From Octopus sinensis (taxonomy: Eukaryota): a stretch of DNA of 64,000 bases. Shown piece by piece: positions 53,118-64,000 of the stretch. A model generated the notes under the pieces. It made no database searches. It saw only the letters and a list, made by a program, of their open reading frames with translations, and had not been told where the DNA came from. Where the stretch lies: assembly GCF_006345805.1 (NCBI RefSeq), contig NC_042998.1:84382001-84446000 (forward strand), given 5' to 3'. The number at the start of each line of letters is the position of its first letter. Within the stretch, counting starts at the first letter, position 1. The translations under genes were made by a program, and so were the position numbers.

Positions 53118-53587
53118 TAGATTTATTCACAAACATACCAAACTAGTTTCAGCAACTTATTCTTTATCAATGGTATAAAGGTATATAAAAAAACAAACAC
53201 CAAAACATACCATTAAAAGCAAAGAGCCTAGTACGTGACAGAAAAAGGAACTACACACATGATAACAGAAACTGTAAAAAAACCCCACTTTTTTACTCTC
53301 TTGTTTTCTTTTCTTTCTTTTGTTCACGTATTCTATAAAAACACAATATAACCAAACTTTTAGTAATGTACATTTGCTATATTCTTCGGCAAACATTTAC
53401 TTTGATATTATCTATCACTGTGAAACTCATTAAATTTTATGTGAACATTTGATTGTTTAAATATGTTTGTTCGACTTCTACTTCGTAATTTTAAACTCTA
53501 TTAAATTCCCCTTGTTTTATATACATTTGTACCATTGATAAACAAAAAATTGTTGAAACTAGTTTGGTATGTATGTGAATAAATCTA
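53118..53587. mobile_element. 470-bp MITE with ~34-bp TIRs
   Basis: tagatttattcacaaacataccaaactagtttca / tgaaactagtttggtatgtatgtgaataaatcta. Confidence 0.75.
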
Positions 53588-53715
53588 TTTGAAAACAACT
53601 ATACATTTTCCAAATTCAGGTGCATTTTCAAGCGTGGGACTACACCTCTTTTTCCTACGTGGGACTACACCTCTTCTTTCCACATATATATATCATCATC
53701 ATCATCATCATCATC

Positions 53716-54792
53716 GTTTAACGTCCGTTTTCCGCGCTAGCACGGGTTGGACGGTTTCGACCGGGGTCTGGAGAGCTCGGGACTGCCCCAGGCTCCAGTC
53801 TAGTCTGGCAGTGTTTCTACAGCTGGATGCCCTTCCTAACGCCAACCACTCCGCGAGTGTAGTGGGTGTTTTTTACGTGCCAGCTGCACAGGTGCCAGAG
53901 GGGTCTGGCATCGGCCACGTTCGGATGGTGCTTTTTTATGGGGGGGGGGTGCAGAAATATAGGGGAGCACCAGTGGGAGGGGTGGTTCAGAGGACAGGTA
54001 ATAGGCAAGTAGAACGTAGGATATCGAGAGAGGGGTAATGCATGGTGAAATAGCGTATTGAAGAGGGGGGTTCAAAGAGTAGACACCTATAATGGTGGTG
54101 GGGGGGGTGCAGAAATATAGGGGAGCACCAGTGGGAGGGGTGGTTCAGAGGACAGGTTCTAGGCAAGTAGAACGTAGGATATCGAGAGAGGGGTAATGCA
54201 TGGTGAAATAGCGTATTGAAGAGGGGGGTTCAAAGAGTAGACACCTATAATGGTGGTGGTGGGGGTGCAGAAATATAGGGGAGCACCAGCAGGAGGGGTG
54301 GTTCAGAGGACAGGTTCTAGGCAAGTAGAACGTAGGATATCGAGAGAGGGGTAATGCATGGTGAAATAGCGTATTGAAGAGGGGGGTTCAAAGAGTAGAC
54401 ACCTATAATGGTGGTGGGGGGTGCAGAAATATAGGGGAGCACCAGTGGGAGGGGTGGTTCAGAGGACAGGTTCTAGGCAAGTAGAACGTAGGATATCGAG
54501 AGAGGGGTAATGCATGGTGAAATAGCGTATTGACGAGAGGGGTTCAAAGAGTAGACACCTATAATGGTGGGAGAAACGACATCCGTATAGTTGGAGAAAA
54601 ATAGAGATATCCGGTATTGGTGGTGGGGGTGGGTAGGGCGGTCGCGCCGCGAAGAACCGGCAGCCAATTTCTAATCAGCCTGTAAGGGAGATAGATCTTA
54701 AATATCTATAACGATAACTAGTGAATTATACAGAATATGCAAAAACGAGGCGAGGCTGAAATAGTAAACAGAGTGGCGACTAGGGGGATCAG

Positions 54793-54824
<32 letters not shown>

Positions 54825-55273
54825 GAGATACGGATGAATTAAAGTTCAAAGATTTCTTATCTTGGGATCACTTCGTTTACGGACAGACTTGGCAAAAGGA
54901 ATTCGGAATCAAGAGTGAGGCAGGTTACTAGCTTAAGTATGCATAGCCATGTCGAGGAGTAGGAAGAGGAGTCCAGACAACAATGTAAAAAGAGGGGGAG
55001 AGAAACCCCGCGAAGAACCGGCAGCCAATTTCTAATCAGCCCTGTAAGGGAGATAGATCTTAAATATCTATAACGATAACTAGTGAATTATACAGAATAT
55101 GCAAAAACGAGGCGAGGCTGAAATAGTAAACAGAGTGGCGACTAGGGGGATCAGAATAATAATAATTAATAAATAATAATAATAAATAGAGATACGGATG
55201 AATTAAAGTTCAAAGATTTCTTATCTTGGGATCACTTCGTTTACGGACAGACTTGGCAAAAGGAATTCGGAAT
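53716..55273 (-). mobile_element. Young composite retroposon: direct repeats, 157-bp VNTR and RTE tail
   Basis: 263/266-bp repeats (54647-54909, 55008-55273), four ~157-bp units (53941-54570), CpG-intact RTE tail; tatatatatcatcatc on both flanks. Confidence 0.7.
53941..54570. repeat. Tandem repeat, 4 units of 156-158 bp
   Basis: gcagaaatat recurs at 53951, 54109, 54267 and 54423. Confidence 0.95.
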
Positions 55274-55362
55274 ATGTATATATATCATCATCATCATCAT
55301 CATCATCACACACACACACATATATATGTATGTGTGTATATACAGTTATAAAAGACCCATGA

Positions 55363-55700
55363 AGGTGCATGGCTTAGTGGTTAGAGCGTTGGGCTTACAA
55401 TCATTAGGTAGTGAATTCAATTCTCAGACCAAACTGTGTGTTGTGTTCTTGAGCAAGACACTTTAATTCCCATTGCTCCAGTTCACTAAGCTGTAGAAAT
55501 GAGTTGTGACGTCAATGGTGCTAAGCTGTATTGGCCTTTGCCTTACCCTTGGATAACATCAGTGGTGTGGAGAGGTGAAGCTGGTATGCATGGGCAACTG
55601 CTGGGCTTTCATAAATAACCTTGCCTGGACTTGTGCCTTGGAGGGTAACTTTCAGGTGCAATCCCGTGGTCATTCATAAGCTTAGTGGGTCTTTACCCTT
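55363..55700 (+). mobile_element. tRNA-derived SINE (family B), near full length
   Basis: gcatggcttagtggttagagcgttgg...gaattcaattctc...gttcttgagcaagacac. Confidence 0.75.
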
Positions 55701-56117
55701 TTATAAAAGACCCAGCCATCAAGCACAAATGAATGTGCTTTTGCTAATTGTTTTAGGTAATTATGTACCAACCCATGCTAGCATGGAAAACGGACACTAA
55801 ACGATGATGATGATGATGATGATGTAGTAATAAGTAGATATAAATATGCTCTTGACTCTCCCATCCTTTGACACAGTAATACATCCAGTGTGTAGTTGGT
55901 GAGGATAGAGCGGAGGAAGGAGAGAGAAAGAGCCGTACCGGCACTCAAGGTACCTCACATATTAGAACTTTAAGCCAGACCCATTATTAAATCCATGTGG
56001 AGTAGATTGCTCTTTTTCTGTTGCGTATATCAAGAATATTCTACTAATATTTCAGGTGTGGTGTTGCTCACTCATTCTGCTCTAATCGGAGGATATTTTT
56101 GTATGTAATAAAATATA

Positions 56118-56319
56118 TGAGATAGTGCTGAAAAGTTCCTGGCTTTGGGTAAAAGAAAATACAGGAGGATCAATTAATTATGATTTTATTCAAAATATAC
56201 CCCTCTTAGATTCACACACTATTGCAATGGTCCTAAGCCCTGTAAAAGAACTCGGAAGGTTGGGCCTCTAACTAGTTTCACGATGTCCTTAAAGCCAGGA
56301 ACTTTCCAGCACCCCTTCG
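56118..56319. mobile_element. mariner-type MITE
   Basis: TIRs gtgctgaaaagttcctggcttt / aaagccaggaactttccagcaccccttcg, TA flanks. Confidence 0.75.
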
Positions 56320-56426
56320 TATGTGTGTGTGTGTGTGTCATTCTTTCTCTGTGAGGGTGCATGGATCATATATGCATCTGCGTCTGTATGTGTGTGTGGT
56401 GTGTGTGTGTATATATATACATACAC

Positions 56427-56458
<32 letters not shown>

Positions 56459-56462
<4 letters not shown>

Positions 56463-56667
56463 TAATCCAAACATGAAAACACAAAGAGAAAACACAACAA
56501 CGTGAGGACGTGGAACAAATATAGCATTATTGGACGCTCAGGAAGGAAGGGAAGAAGGAGGGTTTGACGTTTCGAGCGGAGCTCTTCATCGGAAACATAG
56601 GAGAAGGAAAGATCCAGAGAAGGGAAGACAGAGGAAAAAAAATTGCCAACGGTACACACGCGGTCAT
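56459..56667 (-). mobile_element. ~205-bp PLE-like non-autonomous element in (TA)n
   Basis: Second copy of 49908-50113; carries the hammerhead at 56562-56596. Confidence 0.65.
56562..56596 (-). ncRNA. Minimal type I hammerhead variant (U4C, palindromic helix III)
   Basis: GUUU-CCGAUGA-A-GAGC-UCC-GCUC-GAAA-CG-UC^AAAC. Confidence 0.6.
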
Positions 56668-56676
56668 ATTTTGAAA

Positions 56677-56704
<28 letters not shown>

Positions 56705-56710
<6 letters not shown>

Positions 56711-57245
56711 GGGATGGGATGAGGTGATGAAGCATGACCTTTGTACATTGGGCCTCACAGAGGCAATGACAAGTGACCAATACATTTGGAGATATGCTGT
56801 GCTAGAGAAGACCCAGCTAGCCAAGTGAGATCGTATCTGCAGTGCCGCCTGACTGGCTCCTGTGCTGGTGGCATGCAAAAAGCACCATTTGAGCATGGTC
56901 GATGCCAGTGCCACCTGACTGGCTCCTGTGCTGGTGGTATGTAAAAAGCACCATCCGAGCATGGTGGATGCCAGTGCTGCCTGACTGGCTACCATGCCAG
57001 TGGCATGTAAAAAGTACCATTCCCATGCCAGTGACATGTAAAAGCATCATTCAAGCCTGTGCTGGAGGCATGTAAAAAGCACTCACTACACTCTCAGAGT
57101 GGTTGGTGTTAGGAAGGGCATCCAGCTGTAGATCCTTACCAGAACAGATTGGACCCATGTGCAGCCTCCTGGCTTGCCTGTCCTCAATCAAAGCATCCGA
57201 CCCATGCCAGCAGGGAAAGCAGACGTTAAAAGATGATGATGGTAA
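56705..57245 (+). mobile_element. RTE ORF2 end, ~57-bp VNTR UTR and CAT tail
   Basis: WDEVMKHDLCTLGLTEAMTSDQYIWRYAVLEKTQLAK*, then 4-5 tandem units. Confidence 0.8.
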
Positions 57246-57277
57246 TGATGATATATATTATATATAATATATGTATG

Positions 57278-57355
<78 letters not shown>

Positions 57356-57452
57356 TATACATAATACATACATACTAATATATGCACAGTAAATGTATAT
57401 ATGGCATGTATAAAGCATAATTGAATACACTTACATACACAAACTAAAATGC

Positions 57453-57532
<80 letters not shown>

Positions 57533-58518
57533 GATGATATGGGATGTGGGCAAGTAAAATAAATATGTCAACAACTAACAAGTAAAGAATTAATGACTGG
57601 AAATGTGAAACTAATTTCCAAATGTATTCGAAATTTGGTTGAAAGTCTGAGATTATTAAACATCTTGGCACTGCATCATTTGCTCTCAACACAACAATAA
57701 CATCAACGAGCAACATCTACAAATTCTCTCTTGTATTTCTACTGCCATATTGAAATGGACATAATAATATATGCCATGTTTCAAAGAACCTGAAGGTGGC
57801 AATGTTGGTACAAGAATTGTTTATCTTCTGGCTGGGTCATTTCATGTCAGTAAGGTCAAACATGAAAAAGTAAATGGAATAATTGATAAATGCAGCATCA
57901 TTTTCATCATCATTATTGAATTCATATCTATTTTTTCATGTGCATATAGGTTAGATGAGAATCATTGATAAATATTTTCTATGGCTGGATGTTCTTCTTG
58001 TTACCAACCCACACTTATTTCTGGGCTAGGTAATATCATCCCTATAAATACATGTGTGCATGTATGCATGTGTGTACATGTGGTTGGCATTAGAAAGGAC
58101 ATCCAGCTGTAGAAACTTTGCCAGATCAAATTGGAGACTGGTGCAGCCTTCTGGCTCACCGGCCCTCAGTCAAACCATCCAACCCATGCCAGCATGGAAA
58201 GCAGACGTTAGAAGATGATGATGATACACACACACACACACACATGTACGTACATGTGTAGACATTCATATATTTATATACATAATCAGTCAGCAATACA
58301 TAAATCTAAAAAGAGACATACTCTAAAAATTTATGTACTTCATATAAATATATTCATATATCACACACACATTCATATACATAAATATGTATGAATACAT
58401 GCATATAAGTGTGAATGCACACATGCATATATATATATATTTGATTTTGATTTTGATTTTTCCAGTTTCAGCTTATGAGCTGTGGCCATGCTGGGGCACC
58501 GCCATTTGCTGGGGCACC

Positions 58519-58581
<63 letters not shown>

Positions 58582-58699
58582 ATATATATATATACATATA
58601 TATAATATATATATTAAAAACGGGGAAGGTCAATATGCCGCTCTACATCTTAGAATGTGCTTCTTCTTTCGGATTTATGTTTTTTACAGACGATATATA

Positions 58700-59360
58700 T
58701 AATTTAGATAACTGAGATAACTTTGATTGGTTTTGGCCATTATCAGCCCAGACCATGACTAATTCAAAAGCACCACCTGGAAAAGTCTTTTAGTTAATTA
58801 TTTCAGAACAGCATGGACCACTCAAGCAGAGATTTGTTATTGGTTGAGATGTATCCAGGTGTAGGTGGTTTATCCAGTATTTTCTGAAGGAATTTGTCCA
58901 GGTACCATTTGAAAGTTGTGGCAGTCTTTTACTACTTTAATTTCTTTTGGGATAACATTGAAAAGTGCAGGACTATTTGCAGTGAAGAAATTGTGTTGCA
59001 ATGTTCTTATGTGATGTGATCTCGATCTTTGTAGAGGATGTATTGTATGGGGGCTTAGTCTTGGGTGAATTGTAAACACAATACCAATATCATTTGGATA
59101 ATATTGGTGGAATATATTCCACATGATGCAAATAATGTATCATTCATGGTGGTGTTACAGAGAATAGAGCTTCAGCTGTTTAAGTTGAGCCCAATAATCA
59201 AGTCTTTGTGACGTTTTAATCCTCATTATGTCTTGTTTTTTGTAGAGGGACCACAATGGGCAGCAGTATTCGAGGTGGGGCCTAGCAAATGTGGAGAAGA
59301 GAAGGATGATGGTTTCATGATCCCTAGATTGAAAAGTTCTGAGGATCCATGAGCACAATC
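58700..59360 (-). mobile_element. CR1/L2-type LINE 3' fragment
   Basis: WILRTFQSRD...LLFSTFARPHLEYCCPLWS...YWAQLKQLKLYSL. Confidence 0.75.
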
Positions 59361-59389
59361 TGTGAGCAACATTGACTTTTTTGTTGATG

Positions 59390-59700
59390 GCACATAAAAA
59401 GCACCATCCGATCGTGGCCGTTTGCCAGCCTCGCCTGGCCTCCGTGCTGGTGGCCAGTTAAAAACCATTACCCGATCATGGCCGTTTGCCAGCCTTGTCT
59501 GGCACCTGTGCCGGTGGCACGTAAAAAGCACCCACTACACTCATGGAGTGGTTGGCGTTAGGAAGGGCATCCAGCCGTAGAAACATTGCCAGATCAGACT
59601 GGGCCTGGTGCAGCCTTCTGGCTTCCCAGACCCCAGTTGCACCGTCCAACCCATGCCAGCATGGAAAGTGGACGCTAAACGATGATGATGATGATGATCA
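59390..59700 (+). mobile_element. Young RTE VNTR UTR plus CAT tail (CpGs intact)
   Basis: ccgatcgtggccgtttgccagcc twice, then ...ggacgctaaacgatgatg. Confidence 0.8.
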
Positions 59701-61016
59701 CACACACACACATACATGCGTACATACAAAGTGCTTTAGAAGTTGTGGATGGCAACACATATGCTCAACAAATGATAATGATTTCAGAATGTCCAGTAAG
59801 CAGCAGCTATTCAATAGAAAACATATTGTTTTCATCCATTCTTCACAAGACAAAACATCAAGGCAATACATAGTTTAGCACAACATGTTGTATCATAAGC
59901 AACATTTTTGTCTAAAGAACAGATTCACTTTATTTTACTGTAAATTTCTCACATTGGCACTTTGCCCAAAATTTAATATAAGTACCAGAGATGGGTACTT
60001 GAATTAAAATTTTGGCTTTGTGCCAATGAGAAAAACTGGGGGTAAAATATACTTATATTACTATTGTCAGAGAGATGAATGCAAAATAGATTCCAGTTAG
60101 ATTTGAACTCAGAATTGAGAAAGGAGACGAAACTAAACTTTTAATTAATTTTGGAAATAATGAAGAATTTAATAAAATAACTTTCTCATTATTCAGCTGG
60201 TGTATGGAACATAAATTAAGATAGAATTTTGATTGAAGGTTTTAATCTAGATCAGTTTAAAACACGGAATTTGTATCATAGAACCAAAGGTGGTTTCAGG
60301 TGGGTTAATCTATTGTTTTATCTGTTACTAACTTGGTTCTAGCAACAGAACACACATGATAACATTCTTTTTGCGATTTCAGACCCTTTTTATATCAGCC
60401 TGTCTGTGAAAACCCAAAGTTAATTTATGTTCCAAACACCAGCATTAATAATGAGAAAGATGTTTTATTAAATTCTTCATTATTTTAAAAAATTGGTTAA
60501 AACAAGGGGCAGTGTCTTGCAACAGAAATCATCATCATCATCATTTAATGTCCATTTTCCATGCAGGCATTGGTTGGGTGGTTTGACAGGAGCTAGTAAG
60601 GCCAAGGGCTTCACCAGGCTCTTTTGTCTGTTCTAGCATGGTTTCTATGGTTGGAGGCCCTTCCTAATGTCAGAAATATGGTTACAAATGAGTTACAGGA
60701 ATTCCTACTGCGTCACCATCACATAAAGAGGTTTATCCTTATTTCTACCATCCCACTTGAAACTGCCTCTGGTTCTATGACAAAATTTTATGTTTTAAAG
60801 TGATCTAAAATATAATCTTCCATCAAAGTTTTATGTTAATTTCTTCTCAAACACCAGTTTAAGAATGATACAGTTACATTACTAAATTCTTCATTATTTT
60901 CAAAAATTAACTGAAACAAAAGCAGTGTATATTTCAACAGAAATTGTAACAAAAGATTTAAGTAATCCAAATTCATCAAAATCTCAGATTAATCCATGTC
61001 CCAAACATCAGCTTAA

Positions 61017-61220
61017 CCTTTTAGCATTTAAACTAATTATATCCAACCCAAATATTCTACCTGTTTAATGTTCAAACTGGCCAGATTTGGCCTCTTATTC
61101 CTATCCTGCAATGTCATTCTAAAAATAAAGAATCACATCATCAAAATCTTAAAGCTAATTGAAAACAAAACATGAATAATTAAGTATTACATTTGACAGA
61201 GAAATCTGAACACTAAAGGG
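61017..61220. mobile_element. piggyBac-like MITE
   Basis: TTAA|ccttttagcatt ... actaaaggg|TTAA; homologous to 48533-48735. Confidence 0.75.
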
Positions 61221-61234
61221 TTAATAATATAGGT

Positions 61235-61865
61235 GCAGGCATGGCTGTGTGGCAAGAGGTGGCGAGCTGGCAGAAACATTAGCAAGCCGGGTAAAAGGCT
61301 TAGTAGTATTTCATCTGCTGTTATATTCTGAGTTCAAATTCTGCCGAGGTTGACTTTGCATTTCATCCTTTCCAGGTTGATAAATTAAGTACCAGTCGTG
61401 CACTTGGGTCGATGTGATCAACTTAATCCCTTTGTCTGTCCTTGTTTGTCCCCTCTATGTTTAGCCCCTTGTGGGCAATAAAGAAATAAGAAGCTTGCTT
61501 CCCAACTACATGGTTCCAGGTTCAGTCCCACAGTGTGGCACCTTGGGCAAGCAAGCATCTTCTACTATAGCCACAGGCTGACCAAAGCCTTGTGAGTGGA
61601 TTTGGTAGATGGAAACTAAAAGAAGCCCATTGTATATATATATATATGTTTGTGTGTCTGTGTTTGCCCCCCACCCCCACCAACCCACCACTTGACAACT
61701 GATGTTGGCTTGTTTATGTCTCCGTTACTTAGCAGTTTGGCAAAAGAGACCAATAGAATAAGTACTAGGCTCACAAAGAATAAGTCATGGGGTCGATTTG
61801 TTCGACTAAAGGCGGTGCTCCAGCATGGCCATGGTCAAATGACTGACACAAATAAAAGAAATGGC
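61235..61865 (+). mobile_element. Family A SINE interrupted by a full family C SINE (~61258-61487)
   Basis: The host head gtggctgtgtggcaaga resumes as taagaagcttgcttccc after the insert; short aaga duplication. Confidence 0.75.
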
Positions 61866-63304
61866 AAAGCTACTTCTGTGAATTCTTCATTATTTAACTA
61901 AAACATAAACAGTATAGATATATTTCAACAGAAATATGGTAACAAAAGAATTAAAGTGATATAATTTAAAATCTTCCATCAAAATTTCATGTTAATTTAT
62001 TGTCCCAAATATCAGCTTCATAACAGCAAATTACTTTCTTCTTTATTTTCATAATTATTTCAATTAATTTAAACAAATTAAGTGAAACAAGAACATAATT
62101 AACTGAAACGAATACAATATATTTCAACAGAAACGTGGTAACAAAAGGGTTAGCCCAGTGTTTTAATGTTCCAGTTACTCTACTTACCTGAATGTACTTT
62201 TAAATATCCAATGTTTCATCTCATCTGGTTTTAAGGTCAGTCTACCTGCAATTCTCATTAACATTCTTTTCTGCTTCTGACCACTTAATCAACAATGAAC
62301 ATAGCTGACAACAGGCAACATGGTAAATACTTTTTGTCGAAAACTATTTATTATTTCATCTACCAGTGCAGTCCATTGCTTTCAGGTACCCACTATTCAT
62401 TTTTGTAATATTTCTAAAGCAGGGATATTTTAAGCACATTCTTTTTTCTCCTTCTTTTAATCTGACACCTTAATTGGCTTAATTCTCTCGTCAAGTTTTC
62501 AAGGCATGCCACAGTTCATTACCGCAGTCTATGGAAACACTGTAGAACTACACTATTGGTGTGAATTAGATGCAAAGGAGCTTTCAAATGTAATTTTATT
62601 TTTATTTTAAAGAGAATCAAATTTAAGAGGGAAATTAAATGTGTCAGTATAAAACAAAAATAGCAAACACATTACACAGAACTGTGAAGGCATCTCACTG
62701 AGTGGTTAGACTGTTGGACTCATGATCATACTGTTGAAGGTTCAATTCCAGGAGCAGGCAGTGTGTTGTGTCCTTGGGCAAGGCACTTCATTTCATGTTG
62801 CTCCAGTCTATAAATGCGTTCTAGCCTTATGTTGGGGCAGCTTTCCCTCCCTCTTATTTTCACACCCTTAATGTTCTGCTTTGTCATAAATATAAATCTA
62901 TATTTTTTACTTGTTTCAGTCATTAGATTGCAGCCATGCTGGAGCACCACCTTCAAGAATTTTAGTCAAATGAATCAACACCAGGACTTTTCTTAAAATC
63001 CTGGTGTTTATTCTATCAATCTCTTTTGCCAAACCGCTAAGTTACAGCGACATAATCACACCAACACTCATTGTGAAGCAGTGGTAGTGCAACAAACACA
63101 GACAGACAGACAGACACACACACACACACACACACACATACACACACAACCTGAGGCTATAGTTGAAGACACTTGCCAAAGGTGCCACACAGCAGGACAA
63201 AACCTAAAACTATGTGGTTGAGAGACAAGTTTCTTACCACACAGCCATGTCTGTGCCTATATATATATCTGTGCCCTATATGTGTGTGTGTGAGTGTATA
63301 CATA

Positions 63305-63660
63305 TTTTTCTGGGGAAGGCCAGTGTATGGGATTATCCTGGGTTTCTCGTCCATAAAGCGTTTAACTTCATGACGTATCATCAAACCCCAAAACCTGTTG
63401 GCCTAAGACCTTTTCCAAATATAGCTATGTGTGTGTGTGTGTGTGTGTGCATGTGCGTGCGTGCATGTGTGTGTGTGTTATATAATTATTTTTCAAAGAG
63501 GTCTTAGGTCAACAGATTTTGGGGTCTGACGATACGCCATTAAATTAAACCCTTTATAGATGGGAAACCCAAGGTAATCCCATAAACCGGCCTTCTCCAG
63601 AAAACAATATAGACTGCTCTACATCTTAGAGTGTGCTTCTTCTCCACTTTTATGTTTTCT
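63305..63660. mobile_element. Short element with ~115-bp inverted repeats around a (TG)n core plus a conserved 3' module
   Basis: 63305-63420 inverts to ~63490-63604; the module ctgctctacatcttagagtgtgcttct also occurs at ~17280 and ~58640. Confidence 0.55.
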
Positions 63661-63661
63661 A

Positions 63662-63768
63662 CAAGGGGTGTATGAAAAGTCTCGAACCTCAAAAAAAAAA
63701 AAACATAGTACAAGACTTCTGATGAAGGTATAAGACTTGAAGGCTCAAAACTTTTCATACACCTCTTG
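63662..63768. mobile_element. mariner-type mini-MITE
   Basis: TA|caaggggtgtatgaaaagt ... acttttcatacacctcttg|TA. Confidence 0.75.
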
Positions 63769-64000
63769 TATACTCTTCTAATTTTTACTCTTTTATTTGT
63801 TTTATTTGACTGTGGCCATGCTGGAGCACTGCCTTTTAGTCAAACAAATCGACTCCAGGACTTATTCTTTGTAAGCCTAGTACTTATTCTATTGGTCTCT
63901 TTTGCCAAACTGCTAAGTTACAGGGACGTAAACAGAGCAGCATTGGTTGTCAAGTGATGTTGGGGGGGAAAAACACAGACACACAAACATGTACGCACAC

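Noticed and set aside
53941-54570. Regular repeat array as a possible CRISPR
   Set aside because: Head-to-tail 157-bp units with no unique spacers, no cas genes, and a eukaryotic context
54647-55273. Direct repeats as LTRs of a TRIM
   Set aside because: A purine tract precedes the second repeat, but there are no TG...CA termini and no primer-binding site
57788-57850. 63-nt plus-strand exon (EPEGGNVGTRIVYLLAGSFHV|gtaagg)
   Set aside because: Weak AAG acceptor and no linked neighbour; the opposite strand gives an equally plausible frame
63718-63745. CTGATGA motif
   Set aside because: Inside a mariner mini-MITE with no GAAA or helices

Overview
AT-rich, microsatellite-dense animal DNA. The repeat families (CAT/ATG-tailed RTE retroposons, three tRNA-derived SINE families, TTAA MITEs) point to a coleoid cephalopod, most likely Octopus; this is inference from repeat content, not a search result. 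No host protein could be identified with confidence, and most listed ORFs are microsatellite artefacts or decayed transposon frames. Recognisable elements: fragments of five non-LTR clades (RTE, R4/Dong, CRE, Tx1/L1, CR1), Penelope-like elements (PLE) with hammerhead-ribozyme motifs, Tc1/mariner, hAT and piggyBac-like MITEs, and a 1.5-kb foldback element with ~645-bp arms. The window divides into CpG-poor flanks (1-~8.6 kb, ~27.4-64 kb; probably methylated gene bodies) and a CpG-retaining core (~8.7-27.1 kb). About 25 copies of the dominant CAT-tailed RTE module lie in the flanks and none in the core. Best leads: minimal hammerheads (one family with a U4C core), a young SVA-like composite retroposon (53.7-55.3 kb), a SINE tail matching a Tx1 LINE 3' end, the TE/CpG partitioning, and the foldback element. 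Exon calls are low confidence, and repeat boundaries are read by eye (about +/-20 bp unless termini are quoted).
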